Shown: piece after piece, positions 29,015-38,994 of the stretch
How positions within the stretch are numbered: the first letter of the stretch is position 1
Layout: every line of letters begins with the position of its first letter
Assembly: GCA_045598525.1 (NCBI GenBank)
Contig: JAZLMH010000003.1
Span: 23,892 to 87,891 of the forward strand
Length of the DNA: 64,000 bases
Source: Bacilli bacterium
Lineage (GTDB): Bacteria; Bacillota_I; Bacilli_A; RFN20; CAG-826
Reading direction: 5' to 3'
Program-made: the position numbers and the translations under genes
Notes under the pieces: generated by a model
Seen by the model: the letters and a program-made list of their open reading frames with translations, nothing else
Told to the model about the DNA's origin: nothing
Databases searched by the model: none

Positions 29015-30289
29015 TTAGTTAGTGTAATCGAATATAAAGTCGCCGATTTGGACTTTGTCGCCATCTTTGACCCCTGCTGCTTCGAGTCTTTCTTCGATGC
29101 CAATGTTATCAAGGTAACGAATAAGACGCATGATGCCTTCATCGGTTGATGTGTTGATGAGCGCGGCGTCGCGTTCGACTTTTTCGCCTTTGATAAGCCA
29201 ACCGCCAATTCCTTTGACGATTTCATAGTCTGATTGACCCTCGATTTCTCTAGCGTTATAGACTTTCATCTTTGTTTCTTCATTAACGCCTTTAATTGGG
29301 AACTCAGGGGTTGCTTCGATTGTTTCCATCGCAAGCTTAAGGAGCTGGTTAACGCCTTCGTGGGTAAGGCTTGATAAAGCGAGTGACTCAAAGCCTAATT
29401 TCTTATCAAATTCTGCTTTGATTTCCTCCGCTCCCTCCATATCCATCATAGATGCGACTACGATCTGAGGCCTTTTTTCAAGGTAAGCGTTAAATTGCTT
29501 AAGTTCTTCGTTGATCGCTAAATAATCATCATATGGATCGCGTTCTCCACTCATTGAAACAAGGTGGATAAGGATTCTTGTTCTTTCGATGTGGCGAAGG
29601 AATTGAATGCCTAAGCCTTTTCCTTCGTGCGCGCCTTTGATAAGCCCTGGCATATCAGCTAAAACGAAGCTCTTCCCGTTAGGAAGATAGCAAACGCCAA
29701 GGTTAGGTATCAATGTCGTAAATGGGTAATCCGCTGTTGGGACATTAGCTTTGCTAACGACGTTAAGGAATGTAGATTTCCCAACACTTGGGAAACCAAT
29801 AAGCCCTGCATCCGCTAAAAGCTTTAATTCAAGAATTAGACGTTTTCTCTCGCCAGGGTGTCCATTCTCGGCGATCTTAGGAATACGGTGACGCGATGAT
29901 TTGAAACAAGCGTTGCCTCTTCCTCCGCGACCTCCTTTTGCGGCAAGAACTTTCTGACCTTCTTCTTTGATGTCAGCAAGAACGCGGCCGGTGTTTTCTT
30001 CGGTTATGATGGTACCAACAGGTACTTCGATAATGATGTCTTCAGCGTTATGGCCATACCTATTTGTTTTCATTCCTTTTTCGCCGTCTTCTGCGATAAA
30101 AGTTCTGGAATGGCGGAAATTGTAAAGGTTATTCAAGTTGGCTTTTCCAATGAAATAGATAGAACCTCCGCGGCCGCCATTGCCGCCATCCGGTCCACCT
30201 CTCATTGTTTGTTTATCGCGAAGGAAAGAAATGGCTCCGTCGCCACCTTTTCCACTTCTGACTTCTATGACACAACGATCGATAAGCAT
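29015..30289 (-). CDS. obg: GTPase Obg/CgtA
   Basis: The Obg fold is Gly-rich (GKGGDGAISF, GGNGGRGG). G domain motifs are GFPSVGKST and DMPGLI. A C-terminal OCT domain is present. Confidence 0.9.
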   Translation of the reverse strand: MLIDRCVIEVRSGKGGDGAISFLRDKQTMRGGPDGGNGGRGGSIYFIGKANLNNLYNFRHSRTFIAEDGEKGMKTNRYGHNAEDIIIEVPVGTIITEENTGRVLADIKEEGQKVLAAKGGRGGRGNACFKSSRHRIPKIAENGHPGERKRLILELKLLADAGLIGFPSVGKSTFLNVVSKANVPTADYPFTTLIPNLGVCYLPNGKSFVLADMPGLIKGAHEGKGLGIQFLRHIERTRILIHLVSMSGERDPYDDYLAINEELKQFNAYLEKRPQIVVASMMDMEGAEEIKAEFDKKLGFESLALSSLTHEGVNQLLKLAMETIEATPEFPIKGVNEETKMKVYNAREIEGQSDYEIVKGIGGWLIKGEKVERDAALINTSTDEGIMRLIRYLDNIGIEERLEAAGVKDGDKVQIGDFIFDYTN

Positions 30290-31062
30290 TATTTTTCCTC
30301 CTTGGTTGGAAGGCCAAAAGCCTGTCTTTCTTGAGCGTTTAATATATAGTTTTTCTTATTTTTCTTTATTAATTTCATATCTTTCATGAAATCCATGGAG
30401 ACTCTTCTGGCGTTTTTGATGGTGCTGACTTCTCCATCGTTCCAAACACAAGGGACTTCTTTGATTTTGAAACCATTAAGCTTGCAGAACCATAAATACT
30501 CAACATCGAAAGCAAATCTTTCGGTGATTTGTCTTCTTGCCATTTCCTTTGCAAGGTCTTTCCTAAATACTTTATATCCGCACTGTGAATCTTTAAATGG
30601 GAAATGAAAGTTGACGGTTATGATTAGAAAACGGCTCATCGCACTGACAAAACGTCTAATTAAGGTTTGTTTTCTTAGAATCTTAGCGCCTTTGCAGTGA
30701 CGCGAGGCGATGAAGCCATCATATTTATCAATCTCGGGCAATATTGAATCGAAAATATGGAGGTCGGTTGCAAAATCAGCATCCATGAACATGACATAAT
30801 CCCCTGTTGCTTCAAGAAAGCCATGCTTAACGTTATGACCCTTGCCAACCTTAGCCTCATATTCAGCTAAACGAACATTTGAAGGCATTTCCTTCATTCT
30901 TTCATTAGCAATCGAAACGTTTTCTTCGTTACTGCCATCAATAACTAGCAAAAACTCGTAATCGATTCCCAAAGAACCGAAATACGGAAGGCCAACTTTG
31001 ACAATATTATCAAAGAGCTGCTGTGATTGGTTTTTGCAAGGTATTACGACAGTTAACTTCAT
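30289..31062 (-). CDS. Family 2 glycosyltransferase (polyprenyl-phosphate/DPM1-like)
   Basis: VVIPCKN...VIDGSNE...FMDADF (DxD) motifs in 257 aa. Confidence 0.75.
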   Translation of the reverse strand: MKLTVVIPCKNQSQQLFDNIVKVGLPYFGSLGIDYEFLLVIDGSNEENVSIANERMKEMPSNVRLAEYEAKVGKGHNVKHGFLEATGDYVMFMDADFATDLHIFDSILPEIDKYDGFIASRHCKGAKILRKQTLIRRFVSAMSRFLIITVNFHFPFKDSQCGYKVFRKDLAKEMARRQITERFAFDVEYLWFCKLNGFKIKEVPCVWNDGEVSTIKNARRVSMDFMKDMKLIKKNKKNYILNAQERQAFGLPTKEEK

Positions 31063-31164
31063 AAAATTATTATAGATTGTTTTTGCGATGGTGTGTAGGT
31101 TACGTTTTTAAATAAAAACGGACCTCCTATTTAGAAGGCCCGTTTCAAGTTTTGTTTTACCAAA

Positions 31165-31446
31165 TTATTCGGCGTAAACGGAAACTTTCTTTCCACTTTT
31201 GCCGACGCGCTCGAATTTAACGATGCCATCGATAAGAGCATAGATGGTATCGTCTCCGCCTTTAGCAGTGTTTGTGCCTGGACGAATACGGGTACCTCTT
31301 TGTCTGTAGATGATGTTGCCAGCGAGAACGTGCTGTCCGTCACCAACCTTAGCGCCAAGTCTTCTACCGGCAGAATCACGGCCGTTCTTGGTGCTTGAGA
31401 CGCCCTTCTTAGATGCAAATAATTGGAGATTAAGAACAAATTTCAT
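31165..31446 (-). CDS. rpmA: 50S ribosomal protein L27 with a cleavable N-terminal extension
   Basis: [11 protein letters not shown]|[14 protein letters not shown]. The Firmicutes-type Prp cleavage motif precedes the mature L27. Confidence 0.95.
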   Translation of the reverse strand: MKFVLNLQLFASKKGVSSTKNGRDSAGRRLGAKVGDGQHVLAGNIIYRQRGTRIRPGTNTAKGGDDTIYALIDGIVKFERVGKSGKKVSVYAE

Positions 31447-31760
31447 TCTTCAATTTTCCTTTCTAGCGTTACGAATTTCTTATAAGAATCCGCAACATCT
31501 TTGATTTGGGATATGATCGTTTCGGTAACGATCTGGTCGTGCACACTTTGTTTGCCTTTTACGACAAGTGACACGTTGCCTTCTTCCACTTTCGCCTCAT
31601 ACATTGACTCACCGTCTTGGTAAGCGTTTAAGCCTCCGATGACGATTGCGCTTATTGCTGCGCATACAAGATCTTCACCATAAGGTGCGCTGTTCGCGTG
31701 ACCTTTGACTGTAAATCCCTTTAAGCCAGTTTTTGAATAAACGAATGTAGCTTTAATCAT
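31443..31760 (-). CDS. prp: Ribosomal-processing cysteine protease Prp
   Basis: 105 aa with a GHA...DLVCAAISA (His/Cys dyad) motif. It sits between rplU and rpmA. Confidence 0.85.
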   Translation of the reverse strand: MIKATFVYSKTGLKGFTVKGHANSAPYGEDLVCAAISAIVIGGLNAYQDGESMYEAKVEEGNVSLVVKGKQSVHDQIVTETIISQIKDVADSYKKFVTLERKIEE

Positions 31761-32068
31761 TAGGCATTGATGGCTTTGACAACCAAACAGGTGAATGGCT
31801 GACGGTGACCGTGTTTGCGACGGACATTAGCCTTTGCTTTGTAGCGATAGACGACAAGTTTCTTTCCCAAACCTTGCTTTTCAACTTTGGCAACAACGCT
31901 AGCGCCTTTGACATAAGGATCGCCAACTTTGTTTGTTTCGCCGCCGATGAAGAGGACTTTGGTGAGTGTGATGTCGCTTCCAGCTTCTGCTTCAAGTTTT
32001 TCGACGAAGATCTTATCTCCGACTGCGACTTTGAGCTGTTTACCGCCAGTTTCAACAATAGCGTACAT
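31760..32068 (-). CDS. rplU: 50S ribosomal protein L21
   Basis: [14 protein letters not shown]... is a canonical L21 N-terminus. Confidence 0.95.
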   Translation of the reverse strand: MYAIVETGGKQLKVAVGDKIFVEKLEAEAGSDITLTKVLFIGGETNKVGDPYVKGASVVAKVEKQGLGKKLVVYRYKAKANVRRKHGHRQPFTCLVVKAINA

Positions 32069-32172
32069 GCTTTTTCCTCCTTAATAGCTTAAGACTCGCT
32101 CCGTGCGGTTAATCACAAAGTGATTATTAGAGACCGTAGAAATGCGGTTGCAGCCCTGTGGAGGGCGACAAC
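32069..32172 (-). promoter_or_regulatory. Probable L21 leader (ribosomal-protein autoregulatory 5' UTR)
   Basis: A GC-enriched, structure-prone ~100-nt leader (cgttgtcgccctccacagggctgcaaccgc...) lies between a TATGATAAT -10-like element and the rplU RBS. This is the position of the Firmicutes L21_leader. Confidence 0.45.
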
Positions 32173-32246
32173 GTGATTATCATACATATACACGCAAGAA
32201 AAGTGAAGCAAAATCGTAGTATTTGTATAACAAAAGTGTGATCTGC

Positions 32247-32918
32247 CTAAATGATGAGACCGTTCTCTTTAAACGAATAATACCCTTCTTCGGTCATAAT
32301 GACATTGTCAAGTAATGCGAATTTCGTGCCTTTGGTGCATTCTTCCATGGCCCGAACAAACAACATATCACTAGAACTCGGAAGGCATATTCCCGATGGG
32401 TGATTATGAAGCAAAATGAAACTTGTTCCATTCACTCCTAAAAGCTCGTTGATGATTTGTTCTCTTGAAGGTGCGTTTTGCGTTTCTTTGCCCTTTGATA
32501 TAAGTGTCTCTCTGATAAGCTTTTTTGCCCTGTTGAAAATTAGAATATAAGTATGTTCATCTTCAAAACTACAAAGTTTTACTTTGTAATGTTCGTAGAT
32601 TTCACTGATACTAGTACTATCTCTATAGGGTTTATTTTGTGCTATTCTCTTAGCAATTTCAAAGACTGCAAGAAGAGAGAAAGCCCGTGCTTCAGAGACG
32701 CTTTTTTCGCGGGTTAAGACAGCAAAAGATTTCTTGCTGAGTTGAGTTAACCCACCGTTTTGCTCAAGTAGATTTTTAGCTACTTCTAAGACATTATGAC
32801 CTCTGCTTCCGCTGCCGATTATAAGTGCCAATAATTCAGCTTCAGTTAGAGATTCAACGCCGTTTAAAAGAGCTTTCTCCCGTGGCCGTAACTCTTTTGG
32901 AATTTCCCGTATTTTCAT
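32247..32918 (-). CDS. radC: RadC-like JAB-domain protein (UPF0758)
   Basis: MKIREIPKELRPREKALLNG..., an HhH region and an HNHPSG motif. The true start is the ATG at 32918. The upstream part of the track ORF is a read-through artefact. Confidence 0.85.
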   Translation of the reverse strand: MKIREIPKELRPREKALLNGVESLTEAELLALIIGSGSRGHNVLEVAKNLLEQNGGLTQLSKKSFAVLTREKSVSEARAFSLLAVFEIAKRIAQNKPYRDSTSISEIYEHYKVKLCSFEDEHTYILIFNRAKKLIRETLISKGKETQNAPSREQIINELLGVNGTSFILLHNHPSGICLPSSSDMLFVRAMEECTKGTKFALLDNVIMTEEGYYSFKENGLII

Positions 32919-32919
32919 A

Positions 32920-33102
32920 TCAATCCCATGAGAATTGCCAGCCACCTGGCATTTTGGCGTTACCTTTTGCTGATCTAAGAAGTCTATAAGCAATGACTGT
33001 TATGATGCTTATTGAAAGCACAGCCAAAACAGCAGTTAGAGTTAACGCTTCACCCGGACAGATCATTTCTCTTTCGTCAAGTGTTAAAAGTGTTCCGTTC
33101 AT
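32920..33102 (-). CDS. Small (60 aa) single-pass membrane protein, translationally coupled to radC
   Basis: A strong GGAGGA RBS lies 7 nt upstream of the ATG. There is one TM helix (ALTLTAVLAVLSISIITVIAY). Its TGA stop is 1 nt from the radC ATG (TGAtATG). Confidence 0.5.
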   Translation of the reverse strand: MNGTLLTLDEREMICPGEALTLTAVLAVLSISIITVIAYRLLRSAKGNAKMPGGWQFSWD

Positions 33103-33223
33103 ATTTTTTCCTCCTCATTATTCCTATAGAGGCGATATTGCATTTTTTAAAAAATATTTTCTTATCAATCTATACAATTGAAATAAAAACACAGCCAACA
33201 CCTAATACACTAACTTGTTTGTA

Positions 33224-33257
33224 AATAATGAAAAACGCCCTCATATTAGGGGGCGTT
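33224..33257 (-). terminator. Rho-independent terminator after valS
   Basis: On the minus strand: AACGCCC-cctaatatga-GGGCGTT followed by TTTCATTATTT. Confidence 0.75.
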
Positions 33258-33277
33258 AATCAATTTTTTATTTGGTA

Positions 33278-35863
33278 TTAAAGCGAGGCTAATTTGCTCT
33301 TAACGGATTCAAGAAGAGTTTTGTTTTTCTCTAATTTTGCTGTCTCGAGTTCAATCTTTTCTTTAGGGGCTTTTGCGACAAAACCAGGATTGGATAACAT
33401 CTTTTCGCTTCTTGCAATTTCGAATTCAAGAGCCTTTTCATCTTTAAGAAGTTTTTCTTTTAAGAGTGCTGGATCGACATCTTCTTCAACCATTAATTCA
33501 TAACCTGGATAAAGGAAACTTGAGCCTCCTAAATTACCTTCTTTTACTTCGTAAGATGAAGCAAACGTGAAGCGCTTAAGATATTCGCCAAAACCTTCGA
33601 AAGGCTCTGATGGAGCGACAATCAAGCGAACCTTGGCATTTGGCGCCATTCCATTTGTTGACTTGTAGTTACGAATATCTTTGATCATGCCTTCAAGAAC
33701 CATAAGCTTCTCCACCGCTTTCTTATTAAGGAAAGAACGATCATATTCAGGATAAAGCTCATCCATTATTGATTCTTTGTGGCAAGGAAGCGAAAGATAC
33801 ATCTCCTCTGTAACAAAAGGTGTGTATGGATAAATCATAAGGATAATATCCTTCATGACTCTATAAAGAACGTCTTTTGTGACTTCTTTTTCAGCCCCGT
33901 CTTTTGCGAGTGCGACCTTACTCATTTCAAGGTATGAAGAGCAGAAATCATCGTAAACGAAGTTATAAAGAATCGACGAAGCCTGACTAAAGTGATACTT
34001 ATCCATTTCGGCGCGGACCGCTTTGATTGTTCTCATAAGCTTATCGACAATAGCGGCATCGAGTGTTCCAAGAGTCTTTTTGTTAAGAGGTCTTGGTGTG
34101 TAATCTTCTCCAAGGACACCTTCAACATAACGGCAAGCGTTCCAGATCTTATTAAGGTAGTTCTGAGCGCTTCCGACTTTTTCATCGATATAACGCATGT
34201 CCATGCCTGGGGTACAGTTATTGGTGATGAAATAACGTAAAGCGTCGACGCCGTATTTCTCAATGACATCAATTGGATCGACGCCATTTCCTAAAGATTT
34301 TGACATCTTTCTTCCTTGGCTATCACGGATAAGACCATGAATAACAACCTCGTGGAATGGGGATTTGTCAGTAAAATGTAAAGATTGGAAAACCATGCGG
34401 CTAACCCAGAAGAAGATGATATCGTAACCCGTGACGAGAACGCTTGTTGGGAAGTAACGTTTGAAGTCTTCGCTTTCTTCATTTGGCCAACCTAAAGTGG
34501 CAAATGGCCAAAGCGCACTTGAGAACCATGTATCAAGAACGTCTTCGTCTTGTTTCCAAAGGGTTGAATCCATTTCCTCTTCTGTTACGACTAATTCGCC
34601 TGTTTTGATGTTTGTGTATGCAGGAATGCGGTGACCCCACCAAAGTTGACGGGAAATACACCAATCCTCAACGCCGCTCATCCACTGAATAAGGACTTTC
34701 TCAAAACGTTTTGGAACGAAGTTGACTTTGTCAGAGCTCTTTTGCGTTGCTAAAACTTTTTCAGCAAGTGGCTTCATTTTGACAAACCACTGCTTTGAAA
34801 GCATTGGTTCAACGACGGTGTCGCTTCTTTCGGAGTGGCCGACAGAGTGGACAATTTTCTCAATTTTAATAAGCTTTCCAGCCTTTTCGATATCTTCAAC
34901 CAAGGCTTTACGGCATTCATAGCGGCTCATTCCCTGGTATTTGCCAGCAATTTCATTCATATGAGCGGTTTCATCGATGCATTTGATGAATTTGAAGCCG
35001 TATTTCTTTCCTAAAAGGAAGTCGTTAGGGTCATGGGCTGGTGTGCATTTCATGGCGCCTGTACCGAAAGCGATATCGACATATTCGTCTGCCATAAGAG
35101 GAATTTCTTCTCCGTTAGCAGGGTTAATGACCATCTTTCCGACTAAATCTTTGTATTTCTTATCGTTTGGGTTAACGAAGACGGCAGTGTCGCCAAACAT
35201 TGTCTCAGGACGGGTTGTTGCGACGGTCAATGATTTATCGGTGCCGACAACATCATATTTAAAATAGAAGAATTCACCTTCATCATCCTTATGGATGACT
35301 TCGATGTTACTTAAAGCTGTTCTAAGTTCAGGGTCCCAGTTGATGATTTTCTCGCCTTGGTAGATAAGGCCTTCGTTATACAAAGTGACAAAAACGTGGC
35401 GGACTGCTGCGCTTAAACCTTCATCTAAAGTGAATCTTTCACGCGTATAGTCAACAGAAAGGCCCATTTTAGCCCATTGTGAATGGATGGTTGCTGCGTA
35501 TTCGTCTTTCCATTGCCACGCTTTTTCTAAGAATTTCTCTCTTCCTAAATCAAAACGGGAGACTCCGCCTTCAGCACGAAGCTTAGCTTCGACTTTTGCT
35601 TGAGTTGCGATGCCTGCGTGGTCCATTCCAGGAACCCAAAGGACATCGTAGCCAACTTCTCTCTTATATCTAGCGATGATGTCTTCAATTGTTGTATCCA
35701 TCGCGTGGCCAAGATGAAGCTTACCTGTGACGTTTGGTGGAGGTATGACCATGGAGAATGGCTTTTTCTTTAAATCTTTTCCACCTTTGAAGTACTCGTT
35801 GTTCTTCCACTTCTCGTACTTTCCTTCCTCAACAACATGAGGATCATAATGTTTATCGAGCAT
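33278..35863 (-). CDS. valS: Valine--tRNA ligase
   Basis: PPPNVTGKLHLGH (HIGH) and KMSKSLGN (KMSKS) motifs, with a C-terminal coiled coil. Confidence 0.95.
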   Translation of the reverse strand: MLDKHYDPHVVEEGKYEKWKNNEYFKGGKDLKKKPFSMVIPPPNVTGKLHLGHAMDTTIEDIIARYKREVGYDVLWVPGMDHAGIATQAKVEAKLRAEGGVSRFDLGREKFLEKAWQWKDEYAATIHSQWAKMGLSVDYTRERFTLDEGLSAAVRHVFVTLYNEGLIYQGEKIINWDPELRTALSNIEVIHKDDEGEFFYFKYDVVGTDKSLTVATTRPETMFGDTAVFVNPNDKKYKDLVGKMVINPANGEEIPLMADEYVDIAFGTGAMKCTPAHDPNDFLLGKKYGFKFIKCIDETAHMNEIAGKYQGMSRYECRKALVEDIEKAGKLIKIEKIVHSVGHSERSDTVVEPMLSKQWFVKMKPLAEKVLATQKSSDKVNFVPKRFEKVLIQWMSGVEDWCISRQLWWGHRIPAYTNIKTGELVVTEEEMDSTLWKQDEDVLDTWFSSALWPFATLGWPNEESEDFKRYFPTSVLVTGYDIIFFWVSRMVFQSLHFTDKSPFHEVVIHGLIRDSQGRKMSKSLGNGVDPIDVIEKYGVDALRYFITNNCTPGMDMRYIDEKVGSAQNYLNKIWNACRYVEGVLGEDYTPRPLNKKTLGTLDAAIVDKLMRTIKAVRAEMDKYHFSQASSILYNFVYDDFCSSYLEMSKVALAKDGAEKEVTKDVLYRVMKDIILMIYPYTPFVTEEMYLSLPCHKESIMDELYPEYDRSFLNKKAVEKLMVLEGMIKDIRNYKSTNGMAPNAKVRLIVAPSEPFEGFGEYLKRFTFASSYEVKEGNLGGSSFLYPGYELMVEEDVDPALLKEKLLKDEKALEFEIARSEKMLSNPGFVAKAPKEKIELETAKLEKNKTLLESVKSKLASL

Positions 35864-35883
35864 ATCTAGCCCTCCAAAATAAA

Positions 35884-36095
35884 TAAAAACGTCCCTAATA
35901 TAGGGACGCGGTGCGCGGTACCACCCTAATTCCTTATATAAATATATATAAGGCGCTTAAGCAATCCTTAACGCGGATCAACGTGCATCTCTGCAGTTCT
36001 CTAGACGCGACTCACCTCTTTTCCTAACCGCCTTCTCACCAGGTAGCGATTCTCTTTGTAGGAAGTTCAAGGATCCCTCGTCTTTCAACGAACGT
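35884..36095 (-). promoter_or_regulatory. T-box riboswitch leader (Val) upstream of valS
   Basis: On the minus strand: T-box sequence AGGGTGGTACCGCGC (35913-35927), then terminator CGTCCCTA-tatt-AGGGACG plus TTTTTATTT. Stem I has AGAGA/GGTGA-type motifs. The candidate specifier is GUU-A at 35970-35972. A TATAAT -10 lies at 36100-36105. Confidence 0.85.
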
Positions 36096-36138
36096 GATAA
36101 TTATAAGTTACCTTTCTTTTAAAAAGAAGAAATAAATC

Positions 36139-38991
36139 TTATTCGGTTCTTAAAGCGACCACTGGGTCTTGCTTCGCAGCACTGCTTGCCGGGATAAGAC
36201 CGGCGATTGTTGTAAGGAGCGTTGCAAGGACAAGAACGACAAAGGCAACAAGAAGCGGAAGATCTGCGATCATTCCAAGGTTATAGATTCTGCCAATCGT
36301 CATATTGAGGATGATTTCAAGGATATATGTGACCGCTAAGCCAAATAAACCGCCTGAAACGCCGATCATGAACGTTTCTGCGTTAAATAAGTGAGAAACG
36401 TCTTGCTTTCTGCCGCCAAGTGAGCGGATGACGCCGATTTCTTTGACGCGTTCCATGACCGAAACGTATGTGATGATAGAAATCATGACGGTTGAAACAA
36501 CAAGAGAAAGGGCGGTAAAGCAGATAAGAGCGATGGTTACGATATCGATAACACCGTTAATCATACCAATAATGAGCTCAAGGCTATCTGTGTATTTGAC
36601 TTCGTCACGGTCAGAGGCGCTTAATGTAACGCCATTTGAGAGTTTAATTTCGTCTTTGCCATTCCACTGATCAAGATAATTTGTGACAGCATCTTTGCTC
36701 TCGAAATCCGTTGGATAGATTTCAATAGCGTTAGGAACGTCTGAAGCGCCGACTGCGTTTGGTCTTAAACTTGCGGTTTTCTTGATTGAAAGGCCTGTTC
36801 CTGTGCCAGAACCGCCTCCGCTTCCGCCTGAAGAACCGCCAAATAAGCCCATAAGGCCAGATAAGCCACTTGATGAACCAACTAAGAACGTGCTTTTGCA
36901 AATATCTTCTTCGAAATCGACCTTAAGGTCATAGCCAATACCATAAATAATGTCCATTGAGCTGATGTTGACCAAGGTTGATGTGAAGCTTGTTGAATCT
37001 TCGTTGTTATCAACGTAATCGCGGATGAATTTGGAAAGTTCGGATTCCATATTGTCTTTTAAGAATTTTTCCGCGAATTTTGGAGTGTAGAATAAACCGC
37101 TGCTCAAGCACCCATAAGAAACGGATTCTTTTGGTGTTAAAACACCGGTGATTTTCATCTTCATGCCATTTTGCCTATTCTGATTTGGCTGATCATAGTA
37201 ATCGTATGTGAAAGGCTGATAGACGCTAAGATCAAGCATAGAGCTTGCTTGTGGGTCATAGTTGTTGTTTTTATGGAAAACACTATCGTTTGGATAATAC
37301 ATGTATTCCTTGCCGACCATTCTAGAAACATCAATAGATGTTTGTTTTTCCCATAAAGCCGCATCAAACCTAGGATCTTTGGAGAATTTATAGATTGCGT
37401 TAGCGAATTCATCCTGGCTATAGAAACCAAGCAAGGTCAAAACAAATTCGGTTACTTCGTTCTGATGGTTAAGGACGATGACCATCTCGTTTTCTTCGCG
37501 AGGATATCTTCCCGCCACTACTTCGTATTGAGAGAGGACATATTCTTCGTTATCAAGACATTGGCCGATAGCATTTGTGTAGTTATCAACCATTGAAGAA
37601 TATGAGCTATATTTGCCATCTCTTGCATTCTCGAGGATTGTGCTACAGATATTTGTGATGCCAGAGATGCTATAAAGCGCTTCGTTTTTGTTGACGTTAG
37701 GGTCAACGACATCTGCATCGGTGTGTGTATAAAGGTTGTTTTTGATATTTAAACCATATCTAAACGAAACGGCTGAGCAATAGTCTTTTGGCATATCTTT
37801 CAAGAACTGGACGTAATTCTTGTCGATGTTGTTGGTTGTCATGCTGGCGCTTAATGTATCGCTTGTCTCAACAAGGCTTTGCATAGCAAACTGAATGTCG
37901 ATCTTGCCATCTTTCCAACTATCTGAAACGATTCTTGTCCTTGTCATCGTGGATGCGTTTTGCATTAATGAGGCAAAATCAAACGAATTCTCCGTAACCG
38001 AGATTGGGTTACCTGAAAGCATGTCATCCTGCATGGAGGCAAGATATCCCCTAACGCCATAGTTAACCGCAAGAACAGCGGAAACGCCAACGATGCCAAT
38101 ACTAGAAGCAATGACGGTCATGAATGTTCTTTTTAATTTTGTCCAAAGGTTCTTGGCGCTTAATTTGAAAGCGGTCCACCAAGACATCTTGGCTTTTTCA
38201 ATCTCTGCAGTCTTCTTTTTCTCAATAACTTGAGTATCTTGGGTTTCTTCACCGTCTTCAGAAGAAACCGTTTCTTCAAACACGGCCTGATATTCTCTGG
38301 CTTCATCTTCAGGGCTGTAAGGATTTGTATCTCCCACTACTTGGCCATCCTTTAAAGAGATGATACGGGTTGAATACTGCGCAGCGATTTCGTCATTATG
38401 AGTAACCATGATGACGAGTCTTTCTTTTGAAACTTCCTTGATTAAGTCCATAATCTGAACGGAAGTCTTACTATCCAAAGCGCCTGTTGGCTCATCTGCT
38501 AAAAGGATATCAGGTTCATTAACAAGAGCACGAGCGATCGCGACTCTTTGGCACTGACCGCCTGATAATTCATTAGGTTTTTTGGTATACATTCCAGCAA
38601 GGCCGACCTTGTCTAAAGCGGCTTTTGCTCTTTGAATTCTCTCTTCTTTCTTAACGCCACCGATTGTTAAAGCGAGCTCGACGTTTTCTAAGATGTTCTC
38701 ATGAGGGATTAAGTTATAGGCTTGGAAAATAAAACCAATCTTGTGGTTTCTATAAATGTCCCAATCATGATCTTTATAACGCTTTGTTGAGACGTTGTTG
38801 ATTATCAAATCGCCGCTTGTGTAGTGATCAAGACCGCCGACGATGTTTAAAGTCGTGGTTTTACCGCATCCAGAAGGACCAAGAATTGAGACGAACTCAT
38901 TTTTTCTAAAGCATAAGGAAATACCGTCCAAAGCTTTGACTTCAAGAGTCGCAGTTTTATATATTTTTGTGATTTTGTCTAATTTAAGCAT
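36139..38991 (-). CDS. Fused ABC transporter, ATP-binding domain plus FtsX/MacB-type permease
   Basis: The N-terminal ATPase has GPSGCGKTT, LSGGQCQRV and LLADEPT. It is followed by an acidic linker, TM1, a ~480-aa extracytoplasmic domain with a GGSSGGSGGGSGTGTG tract, and a C-terminal FtsX 3-TM module. Confidence 0.85.
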   Translation of the reverse strand: MLKLDKITKIYKTATLEVKALDGISLCFRKNEFVSILGPSGCGKTTTLNIVGGLDHYTSGDLIINNVSTKRYKDHDWDIYRNHKIGFIFQAYNLIPHENILENVELALTIGGVKKEERIQRAKAALDKVGLAGMYTKKPNELSGGQCQRVAIARALVNEPDILLADEPTGALDSKTSVQIMDLIKEVSKERLVIMVTHNDEIAAQYSTRIISLKDGQVVGDTNPYSPEDEAREYQAVFEETVSSEDGEETQDTQVIEKKKTAEIEKAKMSWWTAFKLSAKNLWTKLKRTFMTVIASSIGIVGVSAVLAVNYGVRGYLASMQDDMLSGNPISVTENSFDFASLMQNASTMTRTRIVSDSWKDGKIDIQFAMQSLVETSDTLSASMTTNNIDKNYVQFLKDMPKDYCSAVSFRYGLNIKNNLYTHTDADVVDPNVNKNEALYSISGITNICSTILENARDGKYSSYSSMVDNYTNAIGQCLDNEEYVLSQYEVVAGRYPREENEMVIVLNHQNEVTEFVLTLLGFYSQDEFANAIYKFSKDPRFDAALWEKQTSIDVSRMVGKEYMYYPNDSVFHKNNNYDPQASSMLDLSVYQPFTYDYYDQPNQNRQNGMKMKITGVLTPKESVSYGCLSSGLFYTPKFAEKFLKDNMESELSKFIRDYVDNNEDSTSFTSTLVNISSMDIIYGIGYDLKVDFEEDICKSTFLVGSSSGLSGLMGLFGGSSGGSGGGSGTGTGLSIKKTASLRPNAVGASDVPNAIEIYPTDFESKDAVTNYLDQWNGKDEIKLSNGVTLSASDRDEVKYTDSLELIIGMINGVIDIVTIALICFTALSLVVSTVMISIITYVSVMERVKEIGVIRSLGGRKQDVSHLFNAETFMIGVSGGLFGLAVTYILEIILNMTIGRIYNLGMIADLPLLVAFVVLVLATLLTTIAGLIPASSAAKQDPVVALRTE

Positions 38992-38994
38992 TGT

